NCBI RefSeq assembly: GCF_055900595.2
Contig: NZ_CM148325.1
Length of the DNA: 64,000 nt
Reading direction: 5' to 3' (one strand)
The notes under the pieces were generated by a model. The model saw only the letters and a program-made list of their open reading frames with translations, was not told the DNA's origin and did not search any database. This document shows, in pieces, positions 1 through 12,257 of the stretch. A program made the translations under genes and the position numbers. Every line of letters starts with the position of its first letter. Position 1 is the stretch's first letter.

Positions 1-349
1 TCATAATCGCCATCACCAGCAGGACCCAGAAAATCAGCAGGCCGATGGTTTTCAGCAGAATCAATAAACCGGCAATCCAAATGATTGGCAGGAAGGTCAC
101 CACTTTAAACAGCACGATGGCTTTAATGAAACTGAGAATATAGGCAACCAGCAGCGAGGCGCTATCAATGGGGCCCATTGCCGGAATAACGCGGCGCAGT
201 GGCCCGATAATCGGCTGCGTTACCTTCACTACAAACTGTGAGAAGGGGTTGTAAAAATCACAATGAGCCCACTGCATCCAGATGCGTAATAACAGCACCA
301 TGGTATACAGCTCAATGACCGTTGAAAGCAGGAAAGTCAACGTATTCAT
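1..349 (-). CDS. yggT: YggT-family integral membrane protein, N-terminal part only; gene runs off the window start
   Basis: Minus-strand ATG at 347-349; translation MNTLTFLLSTVIELYTMVLLLRIWMQWAHCDFYNP... stays open to position 2. Absent from ORF track because there is no in-window stop. Confidence 0.85.
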   Translation of the reverse strand, partial: MNTLTFLLSTVIELYTMVLLLRIWMQWAHCDFYNPFSQFVVKVTQPIIGPLRRVIPAMGPIDSASLLVAYILSFIKAIVLFKVVTFLPIIWIAGLLILLKTIGLLIFWVLLVMAIM

Positions 350-366
350 GGCGTTCCTTTAATTCC

Positions 367-1071
367 TTATTTTTTAGAGTAATCACGCGCACCAAAAATT
401 GCAGTGCCGATACGAACCATCGTGCTACCTGCCGCAATGGCGGCTTCCATATCGTCCGACATTCCCAGAGAGAGCGTGTCGATATGCGGGTAGCGCGTTT
501 TCAGTCCGGCAAATGCTACAGCCATTTGGCGTGCAACTTCAAACTGCCTTACATATTCTGACTCAGGCGCAGGGATTGCCATCAGCCCGCGCAGACGTAA
601 ACGCGGTAGTTCAGCGACCGCAGCTGCCAGCTCGTCCAGTTCAGCCAGTTGAATCCCGGACTTACTGTTTTCATCACTAATGTTAATTTGAATCAGTACG
701 TTAAGAGGGGGAAGTTCTGCCGGGCGCTGGTCGTTCAGACGGGTAGCGATGCGCAAACGGTCGATGGTATGACACCAGTCGAAATGCTCTGCCACCAGGC
801 GGCTTTTATTAGACTGCAACGGGCCAATAAAATGCCATTCTAATCCTGTTACGCCCAGTTCCTGAAAGTGGCGAATTTTATCTACCCCTTCCTGAACGTA
901 GTTTTCACCAAATTGACGCTGCCCGGCATCAATGGCTTCTGCGATGGCGCTCGCAGGTTTTGTTTTACTGACTGCAAGCAGCGTAATTTCTTCTGGAGAA
1001 CGGCCGCAACGCGTTGCAGCCGCTGAGATTTTGTCCCGGACCTGTGCCAGGTTATGCGCAATATCGTTCAT
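367..1071 (-). CDS. yggS: PLP-homeostasis protein YggS (234 aa)
   Basis: ORF-track protein matches my recollection of YggS full length; sits between yggT and yggR as in E. coli. Confidence 0.93.
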   Translation of the reverse strand: MNDIAHNLAQVRDKISAAATRCGRSPEEITLLAVSKTKPASAIAEAIDAGQRQFGENYVQEGVDKIRHFQELGVTGLEWHFIGPLQSNKSRLVAEHFDWCHTIDRLRIATRLNDQRPAELPPLNVLIQINISDENSKSGIQLAELDELAAAVAELPRLRLRGLMAIPAPESEYVRQFEVARQMAVAFAGLKTRYPHIDTLSLGMSDDMEAAIAAGSTMVRIGTAIFGARDYSKK

Positions 1072-1088
1072 TTTCCGAGGATCTTAGT

Positions 1089-2069
1089 ATGAATATGGAA
1101 GAAATTGTGGCCCTTAGTGTAAAGCATAACGTCTCGGATCTACACCTGTGCAGCGCCTGGCCCGCACGATGGCGCATTCGCGGGCGAATGGAAGCTGCGC
1201 CGTTTGATGCGCTGGACGTCGAAGAGCTACTGCGGGAGTGGCTGGATGACGATCAGCGGACAATATTGCTGGAGAATGGTCAGTTGGATTTTGCTGTGTC
1301 GCTGGCGGAAAACCAGCGGTTGCGTGGCAGTGCGTTCGCGCAACGGCAAGGTATTTCTCTGGCATTACGGTTGTTACCTTCGCACTGTCCACAGCTCGAA
1401 CAGCTTGGTGCGCCACCGGTATTGCCGGAATTACTCAAGAGCGAGAATGGCCTGATTCTGGTGACGGGGGCGACGGGGAGCGGCAAATCTACCACGCTGG
1501 CGGCGATGGTTGGCTATCTCAATCAACATGCCGATGCGCATATTCTGACGCTGGAAGATCCTGTGGAATATCTCTATACCAGTCAGCGATGTTTGATCCA
1601 ACAGCGGGAGATTGGTTTGCACTGTATGACTTTCGCATCGGGATTGCGGGCTGCATTGCGGGAAGATCCTGATGTGATTTTGCTCGGAGAGCTGCGTGAT
1701 AGCGAGACAATCCGTCTGGCGCTGACGGCGGCAGAAACCGGGCATCTGGTGCTGGCGACATTACACACGCGCGGCGCAGCGCAGGCAGTTGAGCGACTGG
1801 TGGATTCGTTTCCGGCGCAGGAAAAAGATCCCGTGCGTAATCAACTGGCAGGTAGTTTACGGGCGGTGTTGTCACAAAAGCTGGAAGTGGATAAACAGGA
1901 AGGACGCGTGGCGCTGTTTGAATTACTGATTAACACACCCGCGGTGGGGAATTTGATTCGTGAAGGGAAAACCCACCAGTTACCGCATGTTATTCAAACC
2001 GGGCAGCAGGTGGGGATGATAACGTTTCAGCAGAGTTATCAGCAGCGGGTGAAAGAAGGGCGCTTGTGA
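1089..2069 (+). CDS. yggR: PilT-like type IV pilus retraction ATPase YggR (326 aa)
   Basis: Track ORF trimmed by 25 codons to ATG at 1089 (MNMEEIVALSV...); Walker A GATGSGKST visible. Confidence 0.9.
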   Translation: MNMEEIVALSVKHNVSDLHLCSAWPARWRIRGRMEAAPFDALDVEELLREWLDDDQRTILLENGQLDFAVSLAENQRLRGSAFAQRQGISLALRLLPSHCPQLEQLGAPPVLPELLKSENGLILVTGATGSGKSTTLAAMVGYLNQHADAHILTLEDPVEYLYTSQRCLIQQREIGLHCMTFASGLRAALREDPDVILLGELRDSETIRLALTAAETGHLVLATLHTRGAAQAVERLVDSFPAQEKDPVRNQLAGSLRAVLSQKLEVDKQEGRVALFELLINTPAVGNLIREGKTHQLPHVIQTGQQVGMITFQQSYQQRVKEGRL

Positions 2070-2097
2070 CGTTGCTGTGTCTGATACGAATTGTAAA

Positions 2098-2200
2098 TAT
2101 GCCCGATGCGCAAGCTTATCGGGCCTACAAGGGAAGCGTAACTTTGAATTCGCACTCACTGTAGGTTGGATAAGGCGTTTACGCCGCATCCAACATGAAA
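2098..2200. repeat. REP/BIME palindromic units
   Basis: gcccgatgcgcaagcttatcgggcctaca and inverted tgtaggttggataaggcgtttacgccgcatcc match the REP consensus family; convergent gene ends on both sides. Confidence 0.7.
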
Positions 2201-2242
2201 CAACGAGCACATTGTCAGAAATCTGTGCGCTAGTAAATCGCC

Positions 2243-2659
2243 TTAATATCCCTGCTCGAAATAGCTTTCGAGAATAATAACCGCAGAGGCAGAGTCGACT
2301 TTGCCTTTGTTGAGCGCCCGATAGCCGCCCTGTTCAAACAGACCGGAACGTGCCTCCACGGTGCTAAGACGCTCGTCATGGAGCTTTACTTCAACACCGA
2401 AACGACCATGAATACGGTTGGCAAATTTACGCGCTCTGGCGGTTAACGGCTGTTCGGTGCCGTCCATATTCAGCGGCAAACCGACGATGATTTCGTCCGG
2501 CTGCCACTCTTTCAGTAAACGCTCGATAATGTTCCAGTCCGGCGTACCGTCCTGCGCTTTAATTGCAGGCAAAGGGCGAGCGGTGCCGGTAATGCGTTGG
2601 CCGACCGCTACGCCAATGCTTTTGGTGCCGAAGTCGAAGGCGAGTAAGGTTCCACTCAT
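2243..2659 (-). CDS. ruvX: Holliday-junction-resolvase-like RNase RuvX/YqgF (138 aa)
   Basis: Track ORF trimmed to [20 protein letters not shown]...; start overlaps yqgE stop by 1 nt. Confidence 0.9.
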
Positions 2660-3222
2660 CAGGCGTGTCCTGCCACACCAGGCATGGTGAGAATATCCAC
2701 ACCAATCAGTTTTGCCGCCTCGCGCCAGCGGTCGGCAATCGGCGTTTTGAACAGAATATTCAGATCTGCCGGGGCCGTTAGCCACGCGTTATCGAGAATT
2801 TCTTGTTCCAGTTGACCTTTCTCCCAGGAGGCATAACCCAGAGCCACCAATACGTCAGACGGTTGTTTATCGGTGCCGAGCGTTTCCAGCACATCGCGGG
2901 AAGTGGTCATCACTGTGTTGTCTGAAATGCGAATGCTGGAAGCAAAATTGGAAGGCGGAGTATGCAAAATAAACCCGCGATCTTCAGCCAGCGGACCGCC
3001 GAGCATAACCGGTTTATCCAGACGGATTGATTCATCACGCGGCTCCGGCGTGATCTTCAGCTTTTCCAGAATCCCTTCAATTTTGAGATTTTCCAGCGGC
3101 TTGTTGACGATGATCCCCATTGCACCATTGGTATTATGTTCGCAAATGTAGACCACGGAACGACGGAAAATCGGATCCTGGAGAGCAGGCATGGCAATAA
3201 GAAAGTGATGCTGTAAATTCAT
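2659..3222 (-). CDS. yqgE: YqgE/AlgH family protein (187 aa)
   Basis: Track ORF trimmed to [17 protein letters not shown]...; cat at 3220-3222. Confidence 0.88.
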
Positions 3223-3330
3223 TGTCAGAGGTTCTGTTTCCTGGTTCAAAAAAGCAACAGCGCCCAGTATGCGTGGAAAGAAGGGCGCTGTCACTCAGAG
3301 TCTCAACGAGATCCTTCTCGCTAAGGTGGG

Positions 3331-4281
3331 TTACTGCTGCTGTAAACGTGCTTCGATGGCATCCATTAACATTCCGGTAATCGACACCGGAAACTCTGCT
3401 TCAATCTCACGAATACAGGTTGGGCTGGTGACGTTAATTTCAGTCAGACGGTCGCCGATGATATCCAGACCAACAAAAATCAGCCCTTTTTCTTTCAGCG
3501 TCGGCCCAATCTGACGGGCGATTTTCCAGTCACTTTCCGTCAGCGGACGAGGTTCACCGCGACCACCGGCAGCCAGATTGCCACGGGTTTCGCCCCCCTG
3601 CGGAATACGCGCCAGGCAATACGGCACCGGCTCGCCATCCACTACCAGCACGCGTTTGTCGCCATCTTTAATGGCTGGCAGGTAATTTTGCGCCATGCAG
3701 TAGCGAGTGCCATGCTCAGTCAGGGTTTCGGCAATCACGCCGAGGTTTGGATCACCTTCTTTCACGCGGAAAATCGACGCGCCGCCCATACCGTCCAGCG
3801 GCTTAAGAATGATGTCGCTGTGTTTTTCCCAGAAAGCTTTTAGCTGCGCTTTATTGCGTGTGACCAGCGTTTCTGGTGTTAAGTCAGAGAACCAGGCAGT
3901 GAACAGTTTTTCGTTACAATCGCGCAGGCTCTGCGGCTTGTTAACGATCAGCGTCCCTTTATCTTCGGCACGTTCCAGAATATAGGTCGAGTAGATAAAC
4001 TCGGTATCAAACGGCGGGTCTTTACGCATCAGGATCACATCGAGATCGGCCAGCGGCAGATCCTGCTCACCCGTGAACTCGTACCATTTATCGTAGTTCT
4101 GTTCGACGCTCAAAGTACGGGTACGAGCGCGAGCCTCACCATTGATCAAATAGAGATCGGCCATCTCCATATAGTGAAGTTCGTAACCACGACGCTGTGC
4201 TTCCAGCAACATAGCGAAACTGGAATCTTTCTTGATGTTGATGTTTGCGATGGGGTCCATCACGATGCCGAGCTTGATCAT
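3331..4281 (-). CDS. gshB: glutathione synthetase (316 aa)
   Basis: MIKLGIVMDPIANINIKKDSSFAMLLEAQRRGYELHYMEM... matches GshB full length; ATP-grasp fold. Confidence 0.95.
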   Translation of the reverse strand: MIKLGIVMDPIANINIKKDSSFAMLLEAQRRGYELHYMEMADLYLINGEARARTRTLSVEQNYDKWYEFTGEQDLPLADLDVILMRKDPPFDTEFIYSTYILERAEDKGTLIVNKPQSLRDCNEKLFTAWFSDLTPETLVTRNKAQLKAFWEKHSDIILKPLDGMGGASIFRVKEGDPNLGVIAETLTEHGTRYCMAQNYLPAIKDGDKRVLVVDGEPVPYCLARIPQGGETRGNLAAGGRGEPRPLTESDWKIARQIGPTLKEKGLIFVGLDIIGDRLTEINVTSPTCIREIEAEFPVSITGMLMDAIEARLQQQ

Positions 4282-4293
4282 TATTCTTCTCCG

Positions 4294-5025
4294 TTAGCCC
4301 AAATCGCCAAAACGCACTTGTAGCGCGGTAATGGCGGTGAGCGCAGTTGTCTCAGTACGCAAAACGCGAGGTCCCAACAGGATATCAGTAAATTGATAGC
4401 GGGCAGTCATGGCAATTTCATCTGCCGATAAACCGCCTTCCGGGCCAATCAGCAGGCGGACGCGTTCGACCGGTAACGGCAACGTATTGATGCTGTTACT
4501 GGCGCGCGGGTGAAGATTCAGTTTCAGTCCTTCATCCTGCTCTGCACACCAGGCTTCCAGATCCATCGCTGGACGGATTTCCGGCACCCGGTTACGGCCA
4601 CACTGCTCACAGGCAGCAATTGCAATCTTCTGCCACTGCTGGAGCTTCTTGTTCAGACGTTCACTATCCAGTTTAACGCCGCAGCGCTCAGAAAAAAGTG
4701 GCGTAATGAGGCTTACACCGAGTTCGATCGATTTCTGGATAGTAAATTCCATTTTTTCACCACGCGACATCACCTGACCGAGGTGAATATGCAGCGGAGA
4801 TTCGCGATCGTCGATCTGGCCTTCCAGCACCTTCACTTCCACGCTTTTTTTGCTGGCGCTGGTAATTTCGGCGTCAAAGACCTGGTTGCTGCCGTCAAAC
4901 AATTGCAGCGCCTGTCCCGGCCCCATACGCAGTACGCGCCCGATATGGTTGGCGGCATCTTCGCAAAGCGCGATGTGAGAATGGCTGGTCAGTGGTTCAG
5001 GATGATAAATGCGGGGGATACGCAT
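4294..5025 (-). CDS. rsmE: 16S rRNA m3U1498 methyltransferase RsmE (243 aa)
   Basis: Track ORF trimmed 9 codons to [12 protein letters not shown]... Confidence 0.9.
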
Positions 5026-5045
5026 AGTTAAAAATCCGCGTCGTC

Positions 5046-5069
5046 TCCCCACGCGGTTGTACGCGTGGG
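5046..5069 (-). other. GC-rich hairpin between endA and rsmE
   Basis: ccccacgcg-gttgta-cgcgtgggg perfect 9-bp inverted repeat; a short T-run follows on the minus strand after about 10 nt. Confidence 0.3.
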
Positions 5070-5104
5070 GTAGGGGTTAACAAAAAGAATCCCGCTAGTG
5101 TAGG

Positions 5105-5812
5105 TTAGCTCTTTCGCGCCTGGCAAGCGCGTTGCACATACGGGTTATGATTGCCCTGCACCTTCGCGATGCGTTCATCACGTTCGCACTCCCAGTCGGT
5201 AACTGGATACATCTTGTCCCATGCGTTGAACAGCTGCGTTTGCTGACGAGAGAGTGTCAGGTTGTATTGGTCACGCATATAGAAGTAGGTGCGCGCAATG
5301 GCACCGCGTGCACGCGCTGGTGGTTCGGCAACTTTTTCTTTGAAATCGACCTTCATGGCGCATTGACCGTACTGGCCTTCACCGCCATTCCACTGGCTGT
5401 ACATAAAGTTGCCGCGATCGCCATTCACCTCACCGACTGACGGCTGCAGGTTATGCATATCGCTTTCCATCTTGCGATAGACCGGATCTTTGGCGCAATT
5501 TTTACGTCCACCGTCCTGCCAGCACTGGCGCTGGTGACCGAATTGCCAGGCAGGAACGACGTGTTCCCACTCTACGCGGCTGGCACGGTTTTCATTTTTT
5601 CGCACCTGATAGCCGCACGATTGCAGATCAACAACGCCTTTTTTGCCCTGCCAGTTAATTTTACATCCGCAATAAAACGTACCGGGCGCGTCAGCGTGGA
5701 CTTTTACCGCCGCGGCTTTCGCTTGAGAAAAACTATTGATACCTTCGGCCAATGCCGGGCCGGAAAATGCTGTGCTCAGTACCACCGCAGCAATAGACAA
5801 ATAACGGTACAT
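5105..5812 (-). CDS. endA: periplasmic endonuclease I (about 235 aa)
   Basis: [22 protein letters not shown] signal peptide then conserved EndA body; start taken at the second Met of the track ORF, so start is uncertain by one codon. Confidence 0.9.
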   Translation of the reverse strand: MYRYLSIAAVVLSTAFSGPALAEGINSFSQAKAAAVKVHADAPGTFYCGCKINWQGKKGVVDLQSCGYQVRKNENRASRVEWEHVVPAWQFGHQRQCWQDGGRKNCAKDPVYRKMESDMHNLQPSVGEVNGDRGNFMYSQWNGGEGQYGQCAMKVDFKEKVAEPPARARGAIARTYFYMRDQYNLTLSRQQTQLFNAWDKMYPVTDWECERDERIAKVQGNHNPYVQRACQARKS

Positions 5813-5906
5813 CACTTACTCCGTGTTAAAACGAGCCAGCAACGTAGCGAAAGTTGTTTTGGTATGCAATCAGCCAGATCAGGAAAGTTCCTGATAGTTC
5901 AGGTGG

Positions 5907-6404
5907 TTATTTCGCAACCAGCTGTTCGCCGCAGTGAACACAGCGATAGACGGCTTCGCCACGAACTACGCGATTATGACGGCGTACGGTAAGCTGATGC
6001 TCCTGGCACTTGCAGCGGTAGGGGAAGGTGTTGCGGCGCACGGATTGCAGTTCGAACTGATGCGTACGACGGGCGGGAACGCCCAGCACGCTTTCCATCA
6101 TCCACTTCCACTCTTTGCCATGTGGCGCTACGCGGCCGAAATGTTTCCATACCAGCAAATGTGCCAGTTCGTGCGGCACCACTTCTTCAATAAAGGCTTC
6201 ACTGTTTTCCAACAGCAAAACGGGATTGAGACGAATTTCATAGCTTTCCAGCCAGGCTGTTCCGGCAGAGGTTCCGCGCTGGGTGTAAGAGAGTTTTGGC
6301 TCCGGGTAGTTACGCCCTAGCTTCAGGTTGGCCTGGGCGAGTTTTTCCCGCAGGCGACGCATAACGGCCTGTTGGATGGCGATAGGGAGACGGGATGTTT
6401 TCAT
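5907..6404 (-). CDS. sprT: SprT zinc-metallopeptidase-like protein (165 aa)
   Basis: Track ORF trimmed to [14 protein letters not shown]...; HELAH motif visible. Confidence 0.88.
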   Translation of the reverse strand: MKTSRLPIAIQQAVMRRLREKLAQANLKLGRNYPEPKLSYTQRGTSAGTAWLESYEIRLNPVLLLENSEAFIEEVVPHELAHLLVWKHFGRVAPHGKEWKWMMESVLGVPARRTHQFELQSVRRNTFPYRCKCQEHQLTVRRHNRVVRGEAVYRCVHCGEQLVAK

Positions 6405-6480
6405 AGCGGCAGAGGATAGAGCGAAGAAAAGATGACTGCAAGAGGTGGCTTCCTCCATGATGGGAGGAAGCCTGAGGAGA

Positions 6481-7875
6481 TTAATCGTGAGCGCCGATTT
6501 CGCGCAGTTTACGACCTTTCATCAGATTACGTTCAATATGTTCCAGCGAAACGTGTTTGGTTTCCGGTACCAGCCACAATGTCAGCAGGATAAACAGTAC
6601 GTTCAGAGCAGCATACACCCAGAAGGTGTTGGCGTTACCCAGCGTGTTGAGCATGGTCAGGAACGTTGCGCCAACGATCATGTTGGCAATCCAGTTGGTG
6701 GCAGTGGAGCAGGTGATGCCAAAATCGCGGCCTTTCAGCGGCTGAATTTCGGAGCACAGTACCCAAATCAGCGGACCGGCACTCATGGCAAAACCGACAA
6801 TAAACATCAGCAGCATGGCGATGGCGAAATACTGCGCCGACGGAGAGTGGATACCGATATGCATCATTGTACCGAGTACGCCCATACCAGCAGCCATCAC
6901 CAGGAAGCCCAGCGTTAGCGTTGGTTTACGTCCCCAGCGGTCAACAAGGCCGATTGCGATAAAGGTGGCAAGTACGTTGGTCAGGCCGACAATCACTGTC
7001 CCCCACATTTGCTCGGTGGTGTTGGTATAACCCGCCAGTTCGAAGATTTTCGGCGCGTAATACATGATGACGTTCATCCCGGTGAATTGCTGCATTACCT
7101 GCAATAGTACGCCAAGGAACACCGCGCGGCGGAAGTTGCTATTCTCTTTAAACAGCGCCCAGCCACTCTGTTTAACCTGCAAACTTTCACGGATTTCATC
7201 CAGTTCGCGTTTCGCTTCCGCGCTGGTGTCACGCAGGCGTAGCAGCACGCGTTCGGCATCAACAAAACGGCGTTTGGCGGCAAACCAACGTGGGCTGTCT
7301 GGCAGGAAGAAGACACCAATCAGCAGCAAAATTGCCGGGATGATAATCACACCCAGCATCCAGCGCCATGCACCGGTGTAGCTGAAGGCGGTATCAGAAA
7401 GATAAGCGCCGAGGATCCCGATAGTGATCATCAACTGATACATCGAGATCATACTGCCGCGAATTTTTTCCGGCGCAATTTCTGACAGGTACAGTGGTGC
7501 GGTATAAGAGGCCACACCCACCGCCAGCCCCAGCAGAACGCGGGAAAGAATCAGTACTTCAACGTTTGGCGCAGCCGCAGAGAACAGTGAACCGGCAACA
7601 AACAGGATTGCGCCGATCATCAGGCTCTTTTTGCGCCCGAGTTTAAAGGAGAGCCAGCCGCTGCCCACCGCACCGACTGCCGCACCGAACATCATGGAGC
7701 TTACGACCCATTCTTGCGTGTGCGAAGTAATCTGGAATTCATCTGCAATAAACGGCAGTGCGCCAGCAATTACACCGATATCCAGGCCAAAGAGTAATCC
7801 CGCCAGAGCGGCAAGGAAGCAGACGAAAAACGTCATTGCCTTGTTTGACCGCCCCTGTTTTTTAGCGTCAGGCAT
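6481..7875 (-). CDS. galP: galactose:H+ symporter, MFS sugar porter (464 aa)
   Basis: Track ORF trimmed to [24 protein letters not shown]...; 12-TM MFS layout. Confidence 0.95.
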   Translation of the reverse strand: MPDAKKQGRSNKAMTFFVCFLAALAGLLFGLDIGVIAGALPFIADEFQITSHTQEWVVSSMMFGAAVGAVGSGWLSFKLGRKKSLMIGAILFVAGSLFSAAAPNVEVLILSRVLLGLAVGVASYTAPLYLSEIAPEKIRGSMISMYQLMITIGILGAYLSDTAFSYTGAWRWMLGVIIIPAILLLIGVFFLPDSPRWFAAKRRFVDAERVLLRLRDTSAEAKRELDEIRESLQVKQSGWALFKENSNFRRAVFLGVLLQVMQQFTGMNVIMYYAPKIFELAGYTNTTEQMWGTVIVGLTNVLATFIAIGLVDRWGRKPTLTLGFLVMAAGMGVLGTMMHIGIHSPSAQYFAIAMLLMFIVGFAMSAGPLIWVLCSEIQPLKGRDFGITCSTATNWIANMIVGATFLTMLNTLGNANTFWVYAALNVLFILLTLWLVPETKHVSLEHIERNLMKGRKLREIGAHD

Positions 7876-8250
7876 GATGCCCTCCAATATGGTTATTTTT
7901 TATTGTGAATTAAGATAGGTGAGTACGACGTAAAAAGATGTGAAGCAAATCACATCAGTGTAATCGCTTACACTAACATTTATCTTAGTTATGATTTAAG
8001 TGCATGAAAATAATTGAGTTATATCATCATAGATTAAAGGTTGTTATCTGCAATTAAGACTTTACTGAAAAGAAATGTAACAACTGTGAAAGCTGAATAA
8101 TAATATGAAAATATTACAAATATTTGGCTGGTGTGGTTGGTGTAATCGATTTCAGTAGTGATGATAATTTGCGGTAAAACGTGTTGAGGAAGAATGATGT
8201 TATTGTGCGGGCGGTTTTTTGCCGGATGCGGCGTGAACGCCTGTCCACTG
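7876..8250 (-). promoter_or_regulatory. AT-rich galP upstream control region
   Basis: Long AT-rich spacer upstream of galP; the known galP promoter region of E. coli lies here. Individual operator sites not mapped. Confidence 0.4.
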
Positions 8251-8257
8251 CGGTGAG

Positions 8258-8290
8258 GTAAAAGAAAAAGGCCAGCGCGAGGCTGGCCTT
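8258..8290 (-). terminator. metK rho-independent terminator
   Basis: Minus strand reads aaaggccagcctcgcgctggccttt followed by tttcttttt, immediately 3' of the metK stop. Confidence 0.65.
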
Positions 8291-8310
8291 TGAAAGCAGG
8301 TGAAGAAAGA

Positions 8311-9465
8311 TTACTTCAGACCGGCAGCATCACGCAGCAGCTGCGCTTTGTCGGTTTTTTCCCACGGGAAATGTTCACGACCAAAGTGACCGTATGCTGC
8401 GGTTTCTTTGTAGATCGGGTGCAGCAGATCCAGCATCTGAATCAGACCGTATGGGCGCAGGTCGAAGAATTCACGTACCAGCAGAGTCAGTTGTTCAGAA
8501 GGCACTTTCTCAGTACCGAAAGTTTCTACCATGATGGAAGTCGGTTCAGCCACGCCGATTGCGTAGGAAACCTGAATTTCACAACGATCGGCCAGGCCAG
8601 CAGCAACAATGTTTTTCGCGACATAACGTGCTGCGTAGGCTGCGGAACGGTCCACTTTTGATGGATCTTTACCGGAGAACGCACCGCCACCATGACGCGC
8701 CATGCCGCCGTAGGTATCAACGATGATTTTACGACCAGTCAGACCGCAGTCACCCATCGGGCCACCGATAACGAAACGACCGGTCGGGTTGATGAAGAAT
8801 TTGGTGGCAGAAGTCAGCCATTCAGCGGGCAGAATCGGCTTGATGATCTCTTCCATTACCGCTTCTTGCAGCGATTTCTGGTCGATCTCTTCAGAGTGCT
8901 GAGTGGAAAGCACGACAGCATCAATGCCAACGATTTTGCCGTCGTCATACTGGAAAGTCACCTGGCTTTTCGCGTCCGGGCGCAGCCACGGCAGAGTGCC
9001 GTTTTTACGCACTTCAGCCTGACGCTGTACCAGACGGTGTGCATAAGTGATAGGTGCTGGCATCAGCACGTCGGTTTCATTAGTTGCGTAGCCAAACATC
9101 AGCCCCTGGTCGCCCGCGCCCTGTTCCAGCGGATCGGCACGGTCAACGCCCTGGTTGATGTCAGGAGACTGTTTACCGATGGCGCTCAGAACCGCACAGG
9201 AGTTAGCGTCAAAGCCCATGTCGGAATGCACATAGCCAATTTCGCGAACGGTATTACGGGTGATCTCTTCGATGTCTACCCAGGCGCTGGTGGTGATTTC
9301 GCCGCCAACTAAAACCATGCCGGTTTTTACGTAGGTTTCGCAAGCAACGCGTGCTTTCGGATCCTGTTCGAGGATCGCGTCTAAAACGGCATCAGAGATT
9401 TGGTCAGCAATTTTGTCAGGATGCCCTTCAGAGACGGACTCGGACGTAAAAAGGTGTTTTGCCAT
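8311..9465 (-). CDS. metK: S-adenosylmethionine synthetase (384 aa)
   Basis: Track ORF trimmed 4 codons to [18 protein letters not shown]... Confidence 0.96.
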
Positions 9466-9505
9466 ATTTAATATCACCTAAAGAGAATTTGGTTAGCTCA
9501 AACTG

Positions 9506-9772
9506 TTGTGTGGATTTTCTGTGGTAGCGGATCCTACCACGACTCTGCAGGTTAAAAACACTGGCAGTCTGAGTGTTAATCGGTATGGATGGATTAACAT
9601 CTGGATGGCTATTTTAGGTCAGTTCTTCACCCAATTTCCACTTTTTTTTGAATCGTGTCTCATTCTGTTAAAAACGTGGCTGGAAATTTTTCCTGACAAT
9701 GCTGGCATTCTGCGTATTTATCTTTTGCAATTTTCTGCCATTGTGGGGTATAAAACGCGGCGCGCGGCTTAA
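9506..9772 (+). CDS. yqgD: small ORF at the position of K-12 yqgD; coding status doubtful
   Basis: Track ORF in the metK upstream region; position and strand match the doubtful K-12 gene. No motifs. Confidence 0.25.
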   Translation: MCGFSVVADPTTTLQVKNTGSLSVNRYGWINIWMAILGQFFTQFPLFFESCLILLKTWLEIFPDNAGILRIYLLQFSAIVGYKTRRAA

Positions 9773-9984
9773 ATAAAAAGCACACGACGTTTCTTTCGTG
9801 TTGCCACTTCCAGCCGGGTTGAAAACAGAGTTTTGGCTTGTGGGTTCGTCTTAACAGGCGGCCGTGGAGGTGATACGAAATAATGAACCGTTGTCTGCTG
9901 CTTAACCTGTCTCACCGTTCTGGTGAAGATTCGTTCCCCGCACTCTGCATCTCTGCTTTGCATACCTGCCGATGTTATACCCAT
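9769..9984 (-). CDS. yqgC: small ORF at the position of K-12 yqgC (71 aa); coding status doubtful
   Basis: 71-aa track ORF, same length, position and strand as K-12 yqgC as I recall it. Confidence 0.3.
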   Translation of the reverse strand: MGITSAGMQSRDAECGERIFTRTVRQVKQQTTVHYFVSPPRPPVKTNPQAKTLFSTRLEVATRKKRRVLFI

Positions 9985-10119
9985 CTCGGCGCTTCTCAGG
10001 ATTCAAGAGCTGGTTACAGCTACTGAGGACTGAACAAGGGCGCTCTTGTAAAAACAAGAGTTTTCTCGTGGTTTCGCCGAACTGTCACACTTACGTTCGG
10101 TTATGTGCTTAATAATGTT

Positions 10120-10251
10120 ATGAAAAAGAAACCGGTTGCGCAGTTGGAGCGTCAGCATTCACTGCTGGAAAATCCATGTGCTTATGGGTTGTTATCGCAG
10201 TTCCAGGCTGCGATAGTCGTTAACTGTTTTACACTTAATAAAATAATTTGA
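10120..10251 (+). CDS. yqgB: small acid-stress protein YqgB (43 aa)
   Basis: ATG at 10120; [43 protein letters not shown], immediately upstream of speA. Too short for the ORF track. Confidence 0.65.
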
Positions 10252-10259
10252 GGTTCGCT

Positions 10260-12236
10260 ATGTCTGACGACATGTCTATGGGTTTGCCTTCGTCAGCGGG
10301 CGAACACGGTGTACTACGCTCCATGCAGGAGGTTGCAATGAGCTCCCAGGAAGCCAGCAAGATGCTGCGTACTTACAATATTGCCTGGTGGGGCAATAAC
10401 TACTATGACGTTAACGAGCTGGGCCACATCAGCGTGTGCCCGGACCCGGACGTCCCGGAAGCTCGCGTCGATCTCGCGCAGTTAGTGAAAACTCGCGAAG
10501 CACAGGGTCAGCGTCTGCCTGCACTGTTCTGTTTCCCACAGATCCTGCAGCACCGTTTGCGTTCCATTAACGCCGCGTTCAAACGAGCGCGGGAATCCTA
10601 CGGCTATAACGGCGATTACTTCCTCGTTTATCCGATCAAAGTTAACCAGCACCGCCGCGTGATTGAGTCCCTGATTCATTCGGGCGAACCGCTGGGCCTG
10701 GAAGCCGGTTCCAAAGCCGAGTTGATGGCGGTGCTGGCACATGCTGGCATGACCCGTAGCGTCATCGTCTGCAACGGTTATAAGGACCGCGAATATATCC
10801 GCCTGGCATTAATTGGCGAGAAGATGGGCCACAAGGTCTATCTGGTCATTGAGAAGATGTCAGAAATTGCCATTGTGCTGGATGAAGCAGAACGTCTGAA
10901 TGTCGTTCCTCGTCTGGGCGTGCGTGCACGTCTGGCTTCGCAGGGCTCGGGTAAATGGCAGTCCTCCGGCGGGGAAAAATCGAAGTTTGGCCTGGCGGCG
11001 ACTCAAGTACTGCAACTGGTTGAAACGCTGCGTGAAGCCGGGCGTCTCGACAGCCTGCAACTGCTGCACTTCCACCTCGGTTCGCAGATGGCGAATATTC
11101 GCGATATCGCGACAGGCGTTCGTGAATCCGCGCGTTTCTATGTGGAACTGCACAAGCTGGGCGTCAATATTCAGTGCTTCGACGTCGGCGGCGGTCTGGG
11201 CGTGGACTATGAAGGCACCCGTTCTCAGTCTGACTGCTCCGTAAACTACGGCCTCAATGAATACGCCAACAACATCATCTGGGCGATTGGTGATGCGTGT
11301 GAAGAAAATGGTCTGCCACATCCGACGGTAATCACCGAATCGGGTCGTGCGGTGACTGCGCATCACACCGTGCTGGTGTCGAATATCATCGGCGTGGAAC
11401 GTAACGAATACACGGTGCCGACCGCGCCTGCAGAAGATGCACCGCGCGCCCTGCAAAGCATGTGGGAAACCTGGCAGGAAATGCACGAACCGGGAACTCG
11501 CCGTTCTCTGCGTGAATGGTTACACGACAGCCAGATGGATCTGCACGACATTCATATCGGCTACTCTTCCGGCACCTTTAGCCTGCAAGAACGCGCATGG
11601 GCTGAGCAGCTTTATTTGAGCATGTGCCATGAAGTGCAAAAGCAGCTGGATCCGCAAAACCGTGCTCATCGTCCGATTATCGACGAGCTGCAGGAACGTA
11701 TGGCGGACAAAATGTACGTCAACTTCTCGCTGTTCCAGTCGATGCCGGATGCGTGGGGGATCGACCAGTTGTTCCCGGTTCTGCCGCTGGAAGGGCTGGA
11801 TCAAGTGCCGGAACGCCGCGCTGTGCTGCTGGATATTACCTGTGACTCAGACGGTGCTATCGACCACTATATTGATGGTGACGGTATTGCCACGACAATG
11901 CCTATGCCGGAGTACGATCCGGAGAATCCGCCGATGCTCGGTTTCTTTATGGTCGGCGCATATCAGGAGATCCTCGGCAACATGCACAACCTGTTCGGTG
12001 ATACCGAAGCGGTTGACGTGTTCGTCTTCCCTGATGGTAGCGTAGAGGTAGAACTGTCTGACGAAGGCGATACCGTGGCGGACATGCTGCAATATGTGCA
12101 GCTCGATCCGAAAACGCTGTTAACTCAGTTCCGCGATCAGGTGAAGAAAACCGATCTTGATGCTGAACTGCAACAACAGTTCCTGGAAGAGTTCGAGGCA
12201 GGTTTGTACGGTTATACCTATCTTGAAGATGAATAA
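10260..12236 (+). CDS. speA: biosynthetic arginine decarboxylase (658 aa)
   Basis: Track ORF (TTG-extended) trimmed to ATG at 10260, [20 protein letters not shown]... Confidence 0.96.
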
Positions 12237-12257
12237 TTAAGATTATTCTGCTGGCGG

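Noticed and set aside
1014-1088. N-terminal extensions of track ORFs (yggR, ruvX, yqgE, rsmE, sprT, galP, metK, speA, loiP, tktA, epd, pgk, fbaA, scpA, scpB, argP, rpiA, ygfA, pepP, gcvT, gcvP, bglA, ygfZ)
   Set aside because: The track takes the longest ATG/GTG/TTG-initiated frame; in each case an internal start reproduces the known protein N-terminus and length, so the extensions were trimmed.
2077-2277. Short ORFs running through REP/BIME clusters (also 14876-15067, 15085-15321, 52788-53603, 53365-53622)
   Set aside because: They consist of translated REP palindromes (recurring ...RRIRHE.../...PDKRGAS... peptides), a known annotation artefact.
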